A stretch of 64,000 bases of DNA from Felis catus. Taxonomy: Eukaryota. The notes under the pieces are model-generated. The model saw only the letters and a program-made list of their open reading frames with translations. It searched no databases and was not told where the DNA came from. A program made the translations under genes and the position numbers. The stretch covers positions 215,514,001-215,578,000 of the forward strand of contig NC_058368.1 of the NCBI RefSeq assembly GCF_018350175.1. Direction: 5' to 3'. The number at the start of each line of letters is the position of its first letter. Within the stretch, counting starts at the first letter, position 1. Of this stretch, positions 1-13,240 are shown piece after piece.

Positions 1-99
1 GATGTTTTTGGATGCAGAGCTTTTACACATGCCCTTCTCTGATTGTGAGACTCACTGTTCCTTCCTGTTAACCTTGCTCTTCACAGGGCAGGCTCCTTC

Positions 100-290
100 T
101 GATCAGATGTCTGCTAAAATGTCACCTCATTAGAGAGGTCACTACTATTTAAATAAGTAACCATTTTATTGTACATAATTTTATCTGATTCCTCATAGCA
201 CTTGTGACAAAGATGTAAATATGTATATTTTTTTCTTATGTGTTTCTGTCTCCTATTGGAATGTATGCTCCATGAGGGACATGGCCAGAC
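100..290 (+). mobile_element. LINE-2 3' fragment
   Basis: aaatgtcacctcattagagagg...tcatagcactt...gaatgtatgctccatgaggg resembles the L2 3' end. Confidence 0.65.
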
Positions 291-399
291 CCACCGGAGA
301 TGTTTCACGATCCCATTTTCATACCATCATATGTGGGCTTAAAACTGAAATTTCAAAGGCCATGCCTTTTTATGTTTTCTCTGTTAATACTGTAAAAGC

Positions 400-570
400 A
401 AGCATAGTAAAATTGGAATTTGGAGTTAGAATTACATGGATTCAAGTTCTAGTTCTGTCATCTAATAGGTGTGTACCCTTGGGCAAACTACTTAAGTTTT
501 CTTAGTCAAGTTCCTCATCTATAAAAAGTTAATATATTTTGTTACCTGGCTTTATCCAGGGTGCAATAGA
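400..570 (+). mobile_element. MIR SINE relic
   Basis: MIR core: ggattcaagttctagttctg...tgtacccttgggcaaactacttaa...ttcctcatctataaaa. Confidence 0.75.
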
Positions 571-594
571 GTTATTAAAAATAACCAAAAAAAT

Positions 595-805
595 GGGGCA
601 TCTTGGTGGTTCTGTTGGTTATGCGTCAGACTCTTGATTCTGGCTCAGGTCATGATCACATGGTTCTTGAGATAGAGCCTTGCCTTGGGCTTCATGCTAG
701 ATGTGGAGCCTGCTTAAGACTCCCTCTCCCTCTGCCCCTCCTCCACTTGCATTTGCTCGCTGGCATGCTCTCTCTCTCTCTCCCCCTCAAATTAAATAAA
801 TAAAA
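595..805 (+). mobile_element. Can-SINE (older subfamily)
   Basis: ggggca..ggtggt head, ggctcaggtcatgat, CT-rich region, A-rich tail. Confidence 0.9.
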
Positions 806-1014
806 GTAACAAAAATGTTGTAAACAACCTACTTCTATTCTCTCTCGCCTCCACAGTTAGTAACCGAACATAGTTGCTGCACAAGGTTTAAAGGAGGTCC
901 AGCAACATTTTGTGCACTGCCCTCACTAACTACAGCAGAGTTATTATGCTCAGGGTTTATGATCATTGTTAGGTGGCCTAGGAACTTTATCTCCATATCT
1001 GCTTTTGTGTTTAC

Positions 1015-1153
1015 CTCATGTAGATGGTTGATCAGTCATACTAACTGTGCATTGGTATCATAAAAAGGTTGTGTTTGTTAGGCCTGGTTTGATTTGTCCT
1101 CTTTATATTTCATTAGATAGATTATTAACAATTTAATGATTTTTAATAAATGC
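1015..1153 (-). pseudogene. Candidate decayed exon of an EF-hand repeat gene
   Basis: Minus strand: acceptor attatag, donor GAG|GTAAAC; reads RGQIKPGLTNTTFL*YQCTVSMTDQ, an EF loop G-x-I followed by an MTDxQ-type linker. Confidence 0.4.
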
Positions 1154-1199
1154 CTATAATGCATAGAGCTGTTCAATCATGAATTATCACAACAATGCA

Positions 1200-3185
1200 C
1201 TTTTAAAACTTTTTCACCAGCCCCCATACTTCCATGGAGCCCGTACAGATAATCCTCATTTCTCCCCCTACTGCCCAGCTGAGGCAGCCACGAGTCTTCT
1301 TTCTCTATTTTTAAATTTTCCCTTTTTGAACACTAAGAAGTTCTCATAAATGGAATTATAGAATATATATTCTTTTTGCAACTGGCTTAGTTTATTTAGA
1401 GAATGAATTTTGAGATATATCCATGTTGTAACATACATCAGTATTTTTTAATGCAAAATAGTATTTCATTATATGGATATATCACATGACATCTATGCAT
1501 TCACAAGTGAATAGGCATTTGGATTATTTCCAATTTTGACTATTATGAATAATTTCAACGTGTTTGTTTCTCATGGGTGGATTACTAAGAATGTGACCAG
1601 TGGGGTATATGGTAAGTTTAAATTTAAAATAAATTGTCAGACTAATTACCAAAGTATCAGTAACATCTTATATCCCCACCAGCAATGACCAAGGAATCCA
1701 TTTTTCCACATATTCACCAACACTTGGTATTGTGTGAGTTTTTCATTGTAGCCATAATATTGAATTAACAGAGATATGTCATTGTCAGCTTAATTTACAT
1801 TTCTCTAACAACTTACAAGATTGCTTACCTTCTCCTGCCATTTTTAGGCATTTATACGTCTTCCTCAGGGAAACATTTGGCATTTTGTGAATTTTTAATA
1901 GAGTTTCTTATTATTGAGTTGTAAGTAATATATTCTGGATATAGGTTCCTTGTCAAGTAAGTAATTTGAAAATAATTTCTCCCAATCTATGGCTTGTCTA
2001 TTCATATTCTTATTGTTATGTCTAGAGGTACAAAGTTTTTTTGTTATTTCCTTTTTATTTTTAATCATTTTTATTTTTACTTAAAATATATTCTACATAC
2101 TATATTAGTTCCAGGTGTACAACATGCAACATTGTGATGAAACAATTATAAACATTCTGAAATATCACAATAAGTGTAGCTACCATATGTGATTATACAA
2201 AGTGATTACATTGTTGACTATAGTCCTTATGCTTTACATCTCCATGACTTATTATAATTGGAATTTATATCTCTAAATCACCTTAAATTTTGAAGGACAA
2301 CCTTGTGGGGTAAAGTACTTCTGCTTGTAGGGATCTTTTCCTTTCAGCACTTTGAACACATATCATGCTACTCTGTTATGGTCTACAAAATTTCCGCTAA
2401 AAAATCAGCCAATAGCCTTATGGTGTTTCCCATGTACATGACTATTTGCTTTTCTCTTGTCGCTTTTGAGATTCCCTTTATCTTTAATACTTGACATTGT
2501 AATTATTATGTGTGTTGGTGCTAAGCTCCTTGGGTTTGTCTTGTTTGAGGCTCTTTTCAGTTCCAGAGACTTGGATGTCTATTTCCTTCCCCAAGGTAAG
2601 GTAGTTTTCAGCTATTATTTCCTTAAATAAATTTTCTGTTCCTTTATCTTGCTCTTCTCTTTCTGGGACCCCTATCTTGTGAATGCTAATACTCTTTATG
2701 TTGTCAGAGGTCCCTTAACCTATTTTTTAAAATACTGCTCAGTTTCATACTTCCATCATCTTGTCTTTCATTTCACTGATCTCCTCAGGGTAGAGCCTTC
2801 GTACCTGTGATGTCCCTAATGGGTCCCTGAATCAGGGATTTGATTCTTGACTGTGTCTCTGCCCCTTCTACTCTTCTCAGTGTGGCATTTTCTTTATGTT
2901 TCAGCTGTGTAATGTCTGGTCTGCCAGCATTCAAGTTATTTTCAGAGTGAGTTGCATTACATGTAGTTGTTCCCTCTGTGAGTCTGTGAGGAAGGTGAGT
3001 GAATCCAAGTTCCACTTACTCTGCCACCTCCACCTGCTTTCATTTGGTTTTGTTTTAAAAATGAATTCCAGTTTATCTGTAATTTTTTATTTATGCTATT
3101 GCTATAATATTTGAGATCATTCTCCCTAATCCAAAATTACAAAGTTTATATTAGAAGTCTCATTGGTTTAGCTTCTAACACTAAA

Positions 3186-3218
<33 letters not shown>

Positions 3219-3445
3219 ATTCCTTAAGGTTTTCCACAAATATGATCATGTATTTTGAGAGTAAACGTTTTGCTTTTCTTTAGTAGCAATGATTATTTTA
3301 GATTTATTATTTTATTTTATTGAATTGGCTAGAACAAGATGGGAATTCTTGACTTCCTATCTTAGAGGAAAAGCAGTCCTTCACCATTAAGCATGATGTT
3401 AGCTGTAGAAGGAAATAGAACTTTCCTTCTATCCTTAGTCTTTTT
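1200..3445 (-). mobile_element. Old L1 (L1M-type) 3'UTR/ORF2 fragments, split by a younger L1 derivative at about 2060-3038
   Basis: Antisense L1 3'UTR and ORF2 motifs (ataaatggaattatag, ttcaccattaagcatgatgttagctgtag). Confidence 0.75.
2060..3038 (-). mobile_element. Roughly 1 kb internally deleted carnivore L1 (5'UTR start + ORF1 piece + 3'UTR)
   Basis: 3'UTR about 2060-2290, ORF1 piece about 2290-2784, 5'UTR start about 2785-3038, directly fused. Confidence 0.7.
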
Positions 3446-3699
3446 AGTTTAACTTCCTGGATATAACTTATCTAAAACTGCCATTCTTTTGTCCTAATAA
3501 CTGAATCAAGAGTAATAGGTCCAGTTGTTTGGGGAGTAGAGTAGAAGTACACCTGCTGGGAGGTGTACTTGCAGATAGTATGTTAGACATGATATTGCTC
3601 TGGGTCTTTGGTGCAAGTCCATATTGTCAGTCTCTGATTGATAAGCAACGCAACTTTTAGTTCAGTATTTATGGGACAAGGGATTTGATCTGGAAGACC

Positions 3700-3822
3700 C
3701 AGAGTTTAGGTATTTGTTTTTTCAAATAGTTCCTAATATAATTACTTCCAATGTTAACTTTATTAGATTTTTCTGATCATTTTCCATTACTGTATTTCCA
3801 TTTTCTCTCTACCAAAATTCTT
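3700..3822 (-). pseudogene. Candidate decayed EF-hand exon
   Basis: Reads RILVE../KMEIQ*WKMIRKI../NKVNIGSNYIRNYLKK with frameshifts; weak match. Confidence 0.25.
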
Positions 3823-3849
3823 CTAAATTCCTGGTCAATTAATAGTAAA

Positions 3850-4293
3850 GTGGCTTAAATGGGGTTATCCAGAAGAAGACCCTGAGATGATGATACATGT
3901 ACAAGTGATTTAAAACAATATGTTTCCAGGAAAAGCTGGTCAATGACAGAGGAATCAGGATTGGGAAAAGGAGGAAACCAAGTAGGTGGTTTCATGCAAA
4001 GTATGGATGTCAGCCTGACCCTGCAGGTGGGCTCTAGAGTGTGAGTTATACTTCACAGTTCCAAATTCAGGAAAATGAGCCAGGCACATAGATTCCTTCC
4101 TCCTTTGAAGGTTGGAGACCTACCGGGAGCTATAGGATCTCTGCATGCAGCAGTAAAGCTCCAAGCCAAGGACAGTCATCCAAAGACATTATTAGGAACA
4201 TGCCTTAGAAGAAAATGTGTACAGAGCTTGGATGTGAGCCCACAGATAAAAAGAATTTAAGGGATCTGCGTGAGTACATAAAATGTCCACTAC
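3850..4293. mobile_element. MaLR (MLT1-type) LTR, old
   Basis: ggggttatccagaagaagaccctgagatg...caagtgattta, and ends ...tccactaca. Confidence 0.6.
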
Positions 4294-6405
4294 ATTAGAT
4301 TTACAAGCTTTGCATTACAATTGGGAAGTCTTAAGTATTTTTCATAATTTCTTATTGAACTATAACTGACATACAATTTCCTGTCAATTTCAGTAGTAGA
4401 TTGGGGTAATTTGGTATTTTCATACTTTATGAAATGATCCTCACAGTTTGTGTTTGCAAATATCTTCTTCATTCAGTAGATAGCCTTTACATTCTGTTGT
4501 TTCCTTCACTGACACTTGTTTTAAAGTCTGTTTTGTTGCCCTTTGTGAAGATACAAATCCAAACAAATTTTGGTAATACTGACGTCCAAGAGCTTACTGC
4601 TATTTTCTTCTAGGAGTTTTATGGTTATAGGTCTTACATTGAAGTCTTCAGTCCATCTTGAATTCATTTTTGTATATGGTCTAACATTGTGGTCCAGGTT
4701 TATTCTTTTCATGTAGCTGTCCAGTTTTCCCAGTACTATCTGTTGTAAAGACTGTAATTTCCCCTTTATATATTCATGCCTCATTTGTCATAATTTATTA
4801 TACATGCATGGTTTTATTTCTGGACTTTCTATTCCGTTAATCTATGTGTCTGCTTTCATGAGAATACTATACAGTTTTGATTACCACAGCATTGTAGTAT
4901 AATTTGAAGTCAGGTAGCATGATACAGTTTTTGTTCGTTGTCAAGATTGCTTTGGCTATTCAACGTGTTTTGTGATTGTATTTAAGATCTTTTTATTCTA
5001 GTTCTGTAAAAAAAAAGGCCATTGTTATTTTGACAGGGAATGGAATGAATTAGATACGTAGATTGCTTTGAGTAGTAAAGACATTTTAACAATACTAATT
5101 CTAATTCTTCCAATCCATGAGCACAGACTCTCTTTCCATTCATTTGTGTCATCTTCAATTCCTTTTTATCAATGTCTTATAGTTTTCAGAGTACAGGTCA
5201 TTAACTCCTTGGTTAAATTTATTCCTAAGTATTTTCTTCTTTTTGATGTAATTGTACATGGAACTGTTTTCTTAATTTCTCCTTCTGATCATTAAATGTG
5301 TATAAAAACACAACCAATTTCTATATGTTAATTTTGTCTCCTACAACTTTACTGAATTCATTTCTCAGTTCTAATAGTTTGGATATATACGTATATGTGT
5401 ATATATGTGTATATATGACTTAGGGTATTGGTATACAGTTTTATGTCATCTACAGATAGCTTTAGTTCTTCCTTCCAATTTGAGTGCCTTTTATAAGTTT
5501 TTAATTGCCTAATTAATCTGGCTAGGACCTCTAGTACTTTTTGAATACAAGTGACAAGACTGAGGATCTTATTTTTAATCTTAGAGGAAAAGTTTCAGCT
5601 TTTCATCCTTGAGTATACTGTTAGCTGTGGGTTTGGAGTATATGTCTTTATTATGTTAAGATATTTCCTTCTGTACCCACTTTTTAGATGGTTTTTCATC
5701 ATAAATGACTGTGGAATTTTGTCAATTGCCTTTTCTGCATCTATCGAGATGATCATATGATTTTTATCCTTCATTTTGTACATGAAGGATACATGATGGT
5801 ACATGATGTTGATTCACTTGGAGATGCACTTGCATCCGTGGAATAAATCGCATTTGGGCATGGTGTACAATCATTTTAATGTATTATTGAATTTGGCTTG
5901 CTACTATTTAGGATTTTTGCATATATTTTCATCAGAGCTATTGGTCTGTAATTTTCTTGCTTTGTGGTGTCTTTATCTGGTTTTGATATCAGAGTTATGC
6001 TAGACTCCTACAATGAGTTTGGTAGTGTCCTTCCTTCTCATTTTTGGGGAATAATTTGAGAAGAATAGTTATTACCTTATTTTTTAGGGGTGGCAGGGAG
6101 TGTTGGTAGAATTTACTTGTAAAACTTTCCGGTCCTGGACTTTTTTGGGGGAGAGGGCTTAAATTATTGATTCAGTTTCATTATTTGCAATTGGTCTACT
6201 CATATTTTCTATTTCTTTATTATCAGTCTTGGAGGTTGTGTGTTTCTGGGAATCAGTCCATTTCTTCTAGGTTTACCAATTTGTCAGGGTATAATTCTAA
6301 TAGGTTCTTAATATCCTTTGTATTTCTTTGTCGTCTTTTGTAACTTCTCTTTCATTTCTGATTTTATTTGGATCCTCTCTTTTTTCTTTCCTGGCTAGAG
6401 GTTTA

Positions 6406-6717
6406 TCAATTTTATCTTTTCTTTTCTTTTCTTTTCTTTTCTTTTCTTTTCTTTTCTTTTCTTTTCTTTCACTATGCTTATTTTATTATACAGTTACATT
6501 TACACTTAGAATTGTTTGTTTACATAAAATTTCCAAATTGGGTTATTAGACAAAAAGCGTGTGTGTTTCTTGTTTTCTAGAAAAGTGAAATGATACCATC
6601 TACCAAAACCATCTCAATTCAGCCCCTAAAAAAGTACCAGTCCCTATTGTTCTAACATTAGTAAACAGCATCCGTGAATATTATCATTCTGTTTTCACTT
6701 TTCAATTTTATCTTTTC
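6406..6717 (-). pseudogene. 5'-truncated retrocopy of an unidentified transcript 3' end, inserted in L1 ORF2
   Basis: 16-bp TSD tcaattttatcttttc at 6406-6421 and 6702-6717; minus-strand AATAAA (6482-6487) about 12 nt before a tail converted to (GAAAA)n; insert is not L1. Confidence 0.8.
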
Positions 6718-7148
6718 AATATTATCTTTAGCTCTTAATTTACTGATCTTTTCTATTGTTTCAGTTATTGTTAAGTCTGTTTCAGTTATTTCTGTGCTGA
6801 TCTTTACTATTTCCCTCCTACCACTAAATTTGGGCTTCTAACTTCCTGTTTCTTTTAGGTGTAAAGTTATAAATTTCTTTCAATATTTTTTTGTTTGTTT
6901 CTTGAAGTAGGTTTGTATCTGTGAACTTCCCTCTTAGAACTGCTTTTGCTGTGTCCTGTAGATTTTAAGTTGTGTTTACATTTCAAATGTTTAGTTTCCA
7001 CATGTTTGTTTTTTCCCAGTTTTTTTTTCCTGTAATTGATTTTTCATTTTATACCACTGTGGTCAGATAAAATGCCTTACATAATTTCAGTTCTCTTGAA
7101 TTTATTGATACTTGTTTTAAAGCCTATTTTGTCTTAAAAAGGGGGGGA

Positions 7149-7530
7149 GGGGGTGCCCAGTTGGCTCGGTTAAGCGTCAGGTTTTGGCTCAGGTCAAAAT
7201 CTCATGGTTCAGGATCTGTGCTGACAGCTCAGAGCCTGGAGCTTGCTTCGGATTCTGTCTACCTTTCTCTCTGCCCCTCCCCCATTAGTACTCTGTCACT
7301 CTCTCTCTCTAAAATAAATAAACATTAAAAAACAATAAATAGGGGCGCCTGGGTGGCTCAGTCAGTCAAGCATCCGACTTTGACTCAGGTCATGATCTTG
7401 CAGTTTGTGAGTTCAAGCCCCTAGTCAGGCTCTGTGCTGACAGCTCAGAGACTGGAGCCTGCTTTGGATTCTGTGTTTCCTCCTCTCTCTGCCCCTCAAT
7501 AATAAAGAAACATTAAAAAAATAATAAATA
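7149..7530 (+). mobile_element. Two tandem Can-SINEs (7149-7335 and 7342-7530)
   Basis: Two SINE heads and tails; outer TSD aaag(c/t)ctattttgtc. Confidence 0.9.
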
Positions 7531-10075
7531 AAAGTCTATTTTGTCCGATGTAAGTATTGCTACTCCAGCTTTGTTTTGTTTCCATTTGTACTGTATTTTA
7601 TTCATCCCTTCATTTTTTCACCCCTTCATTTTTTAAGTGAGTCTCTAGTAGGCAGCACATAGATGGGTCTTGTTTTATTTATTTTTTATCCATTTAACTA
7701 TTCTCTGCCTTTTGAATGGAGCATTAAGTCCATTTACACTTCAAGTAGTTATTGATAGGTTTGTACTAATTGCCTATTTGCTACTTATTCTCTTCCATTT
7801 GTTACGTGATGATTTCTTTAGTGTTTTGCTTGGATTTTTTTTCTCTTTTTGTATCTTCTATAAGTTTTGTTTTGTGGTTACCATGAGATAGGTAGGTAGA
7901 TATGTATAGATATAGATACACACACACACAGAGTATTCTATTTTAAGCTGACAGTGTCTTAAGTTTGAGTGCATTTTAAAACCATTATATATTTACTCCC
8001 TCCCATTTTATGTTTTTGTCATTATGCATATTTTTATTGTGTGCATCTCTTGAATACCTTTTGTAGTTGATTTTGCTACTTTTTTCTGTTAACCTCCATA
8101 TTTGCTTTCTTAAATGGCTGGTTGACTGCCTTTTCCGTATATTTGGCTTTACCAGTGAGGGATTATTTTATATATAATATTTCCTTCTTATTTCTAGTTT
8201 TTGTCTTTTACTTCTGCTTATAGAGGTCCCTTTAATATTCCTGCTGGCTTAAGAGTAATGGAATCTGTCTACTTTTGCTTGTCTGAGTAACTACCTTTCT
8301 TATATTCTTATTTGTAAGTTTTACCTTTCAGCACATTGAATATATTCTGCCACTTTGTAGTGGTCTGCAAAGTTTCTGCTGAAACATAAGCTTACAGAAT
8401 TTCTCTTGTATGTTATTTTTTTCTCTTGCTGCCTTTAAGATTATTTTACTTTTGCATTTTAATTTTACAATGCCTTGGTGTGAATCTCTTTGGGTTCATC
8501 TTGTTTGCAACTCTCTGTACTTTCTGGATCTGGATGTCTCCTCTCCCAGGTTAGGGACATCTTCTGCCATTATTTCTTCAATTAAGTTTTGTGTGCCTTT
8601 GTCTCTTTCTTCTTCTGGGACCTTTATAATGTGAATGTCAGTATGCTTGATGTTGCCCTAGAGGACACTTAAAATGAGGATATTTTAAGTTTTTAGTTTT
8701 TTAATAGGCTATTCTTATTGGCCTATTTCCAGTAGTCTGCCTTTCAAAGCATCGATCCATTATTCTGTAGCTCTGATTATTTCTTATATTTTCTAAGTCT
8801 TTGTCAAAGTTCTCACTGTGATCCTTCACTCTTTAACCATTTGTGGACCATGTATTTGATCATTACATTATATTCCCTGTCAGGTAAATTACTTCTATTC
8901 ATTTGCTTAGGGATTTTTCTCCAGGGGTTTTATCTTGTTTTGGAACACATTTCTCTGGCTCATTTGATTTGGCTTTCTGTGTTTGTTGCTACAAATTAGA
9001 TGAAGCTGTTATCTCTTGTGGTCTCAAAACTGTGGCCTTAAATAGGAACATCACTGTGTAGTCTGTATTTTCCTGGTGGTGTTGGCAACCCAGCTGGAGT
9101 AGGTGAAGGCTAGGGAGTCCCAGGGTATGATACATTGGGGCCACCTTGGTGGAACACCTGTACCTGGGATGGACGAGGGGCTTGGGGTACAATGGATCAG
9201 CTTTAGCAGGTTGGCTAGAGTTCGGAGTTCCTGGACCTTGTTTCCAACCAAGGTGGGAGGGGGAGCATAAAATATGGTGTTTAATGGTGCCTCAATCTCA
9301 GGTAAAGTATGAATAATTCCATGCTCATTTGTTGGAATCTCTAGGTGGCTGAGTCTGCACACGGACTCCTGAGTAATATAATACTTCTCCCTCCTCAATT
9401 TGTCATCATGGGTCTGGTTCTCTTCATTATCATGTTCCTCCTGCCTTTTTCCATGTTGCCCCTCTATTATTTGTTGTGCTGAAGCTGTTTGATCAGCCTT
9501 TAGTTTTCCTTCAGGAGGATTGCTTTATATGTGCGTGTAAATTCATCACATCTGTAGGAGAAGGTGAGTTCAGTATCTTCTCACACAACATTGTGAACGC
9601 TTCCATGATTATTATTGTTTTCATGCAGTTGTCTGATCCTGATGGATACCATCTTGTATATGAGTAGTTGCTGGCAGGCATTAAACCCTCTGAGAGTATA
9701 TAATGCATTAGAGATATTAATATGATGAATAAACAGAGGATATTTCTTGGAGCAGATTCCCTGGAGCCAAGATTTAACCACTTATATTCAGATTTTATCT
9801 TTATAAGTCAATCTACAATTTTTTTGAATAATGTGTAATTGGGTTTTAATTTTTTCTGAGTCATTTTTATGAGCACAATATGATATATCAGCAAACATTA
9901 TCAGATTCATTGTATCCTTTTTCAAGCAACAGTATTGCAGGTGAACTTCCACCTAAATAAGGTCTTTATAGGATAGGAACAATCAGAGTAATTTTAAGTT
10001 TGGAAAACATACAGTTGAGAAAAGTTCTAGAGAGTAGTTTCAAAGCATTTTCAGATGATGATAGGAGGATGGCAG

Positions 10076-10257
10076 TTTTTTCTTATAATGTTTATTTATT
10101 TTTGAGAGAGAGGGAGAGACACAGAATCTGAAGCAGGCTCCAGGCTCCGTCCGAGATGTCAGCAAAGAGTCCGATGCAGTGCTCAAACCCACGAACTGCA
10201 AGATCATGACCTGAGCCAAAGTCAGATGCTCAATAGACTAAGTCACCCAGATGCCCT
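10076..10257 (-). mobile_element. Can-SINE
   Basis: Antisense SINE body; TSD gga(t/c)ggcagtttt. Confidence 0.9.
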
Positions 10258-10289
10258 TGGACGGCAGTTTTAATCTAATGGATTTTTCT

Positions 10290-10395
10290 AGTTTGACAGT
10301 TTTTGATGATTTCCGCAGGTACTCTTAAACTTTCTTGAATGGACTATATAGCAGGCATGAAGGTTGTCCCCCCATAATTCATTGTAATGAATTCT
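10290..10395 (-). pseudogene. Candidate decayed EF-hand exon
   Basis: Acceptor ttttgttgtctacttgtaaatttcag; reads EFITMNYGGTTFMPAI*/FKKV*EYL, a 12-residue loop with TAG at the Glu12 position. Confidence 0.4.
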
Positions 10396-10601
10396 CTGAA
10401 ATTTACAAGTAGACAACAAAACCTCAAAGACAGAACTGTAATCTGATCTCTGTAAGAGTATATTCTTGAAACATAATCTCTGTCTATATAATCATCTCCC
10501 TTTCTCATAGATAACCACAATAACTTATTTGCAAATAAGTTTGGTTTTAATAAACTTGGCCTGTTAATTGACAAGGTGCAGCAAGAAAGGTTACTGATCC
10601 A

Positions 10602-10800
10602 GGGACACCTGGGTTGCTCAGTTGGTTAAGCATCCGACTTCAGCTCAGTTCATGGTCTCGCAGCTTTTGAGTTTGAGCCCCACGTCAGGCTCTGTGCTGG
10701 CAGCTCAGAACCTGCTTTGGATTCTGTGTCTCCCTCTCTCTACCCCTTCCCCAGCTCACACTCTGTATCTCTCTCAAAAATAAATAACCATTACAAAAAA
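10602..10800 (+). mobile_element. Can-SINE
   Basis: SINE body; TSD aagaaaggtta(c/t)tga(t/g)cca. Confidence 0.9.
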
Positions 10801-11507
10801 AGAAAGAAAGGTTATTGAGCCAGATAGGTTCTTTTAAATCTGCTTTATTAGAACTTTTCATAAGGAATCTCAGATTGGACTTTTAAAAAACTCTTAAGGC
10901 TAGGAGGCCAACCTAAGGAATTGTCCAATTGTGTTCTGGTTCAAGGAGAACAGATTTTTATTGAACTTATGCAAATACATATATTATCATGAAAAGTAAG
11001 AATATTTAATGGATTTCTGAATTCTGCAGGGATCAGGTAGAGAGAAAAAGATATACATATCGAGTTTTGTTTCAAAAATATACTTTACCTAATTTGTAGA
11101 TTTCTTAAAAGACAGAGGAATAGGGGGTCTTTTAAGTCTGGAAAACAAAACATTAAAGAATCAGTAATGTTTTAAATGAAGTCCTAATAATTATAATTCT
11201 TATATTGCTTCATCTTGGATTAGCAGCTTTATGAATCATTTTTTCATTAGAATTTTAGAAACTCTTACCCAGTTCAGTCTTACAATGTTAAAGTTAGCAG
11301 AAACATACATTTTAGAGTACTTGTCAGAGTGTTTTCCATGAATCCTTTGAGAATGACTCATTAGTGCACAAATATTTTTGCAAAAGCATCAGAGTAAAAC
11401 AAAAAATATGAGTGACCCAGGACTTAAAAAGAACCATGGTTAAAGATCTGATAATGGTTTATTATAATATAATTAACAAGGAAATTTGGCTATTTCTGTG
11501 ACATACT

Positions 11508-11670
11508 TTAAAAAAAATTAATGTTTATTTTTGAGAGACAACAAGCACAAGTGGGGAAGGTGCAGGGGAACGGAAGGTCTGAAGCAGGCTCTGTGCTGAC
11601 AGAAGAGAGCCTGACCTAGGGCTTGAACTCATGAACCATGTGATCAGGACCTGAGCCACCCAGGCACTCC
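11508..11670 (-). mobile_element. Can-SINE with internal deletion
   Basis: Antisense SINE; TSD ctgtgaca...ttta. Confidence 0.85.
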
Positions 11671-12215
11671 TCTGTGACACACATTTTAAAAGACATTATA
11701 CTAGGATAGATCAGATTTTTAGAAATTTCACATAATTTCTGTATTACTCATTTTAATGATACACCATAAAATATGATCTAAGATGGTTAAAATTACACTT
11801 GACAATATTTCCATTCAATTTATCAAATAACTAAATGAACACTTATCTTTTTATTTCATTCAGAATTTTGTTTAAAATGTCAAAAGATTTAAAACATTTC
11901 ACGAAATTGGGTCACTGTGAAATAATACTTAGTTATCCATTCAAAGTGGTTATTAGAAGATTTAAAAGGCAAATACAGAAAGTTACATAGTTGTTCAAAG
12001 CCTTGGTTATTTTTCTAAGTAATCAGAGTCTTGATATAGACAATGTTTTTCATCAGAAACAAAGTTTTCTAGGTAGATCACGTTAAAGATAAAGAAACTA
12101 TGTTTATAATTTCTTATTGAGTTCAGTCTAATAATCTTAAAAAATACTTTTTCCTTTTAACAGAAAACCAAATTCTAATTCTGTAATAGCATACATTTGA
12201 TATTAAAACTCTTTT

Positions 12216-12385
12216 GGGGATGCCTGGGGCTCAGTTAAGTGACATGATTTTGGCTCAGGTCATAATCTCATAGTTTGTGGGATCGAACCCTATGTGGGGC
12301 TTTGCACTGACAGCACAGAGCTCACTTGAGATTCTCCCTTCCTTTCTCTATGCTCCTGCTCCCCTCTCAAAAGAAATAAACTTAA
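12216..12385 (+). mobile_element. Can-SINE
   Basis: ggggatgcctgggg...ggctcaggtcataatctc...aaataaa. Confidence 0.85.
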
Positions 12386-13240
12386 ATAACCTAACTTAAA
12401 CCATTTCAATTTTAGCTCAACCACGCATAAAATTATTTTCTCAAGATCTATTTTCCACCAACCTTCTGTAATTTCTGTATCTTGGAATATTTTCAGACAA
12501 AATTACTTATTTTCCCTTGAAAAATACAAAAGTCCGTGTCCTTTAGGCCTTTTCTTATCCAAAATTACATTCCATTTTTTTTTACCTACGTGTTATATAC
12601 AACTGCTTTCTTTCATTCTTATTTCTAGTCGTTTCTTAGCCCTAATAATCCTTACTTCCTAATGAAAACTAAGAAGTAATCATCTGAGGACAGGCAAGTT
12701 AATAAACAACTACAGAGACATGTTTTTTATAGTATAATTTTTAGTGTAGCAAAATAGTAATAGACCCAAAAGTCTTTTGTCACTCTCTAAAAATTAAAAG
12801 ACGAAATGGATAAATTTGTTTATATTTAATGTTTCAGTATATTATCTTATTTGGAAATAATCTAGTCATTGCATTTGAGTAGAAATTTTGTGCTCATTTA
12901 CATTTATTTAAAATATTTGTTGTTATGCTTGGATTAGACAATAAATAACTAATCACCTCATTTTTCTTGTTGACAAACTTTTAACACAGAGATTATGAGC
13001 TTATTTGATTAGAAAACCAAGGTAGAACAAGTTACATGTTTGCAATTATGTTTAGTATTGACAACTCTGAAGACAGGCTTGTTTTTATTAAATCAAGAAA
13101 TTAAACTAGCTTCTATAGATTACAGATTATCCTGGGTCATGTGAACTTGAAAAACCTTTGGGTTAATTTCTGTATTTCTTAAAGTTTTACAAATACATAA
13201 GCACTTATTTTTCTATAACTCGACTAAATAGACCTCTTTG

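Larger units (their letters stand above)
4345..9605 (-). mobile_element. Carnivore L1 with both ends present but internally deleted and degenerate
   Basis: Minus-strand ORF2 peptides ([33 protein letters not shown]), ORF1 at about 8250-9000, 5'UTR to about 9605, 3'UTR piece at about 4345-4445. Confidence 0.9.

Noticed and set aside
3545..3570. 10-bp perfect hairpin aagtacacct-gctggg-aggtgtactt
   Set aside because: Too short and isolated to support an RNA gene or element.
9650..9940. Further possible exon remnants (EKGYNESDNVC, YC/IKMTQKK, WLQGICSKK)
   Set aside because: They need several frameshifts and lack clear boundaries.
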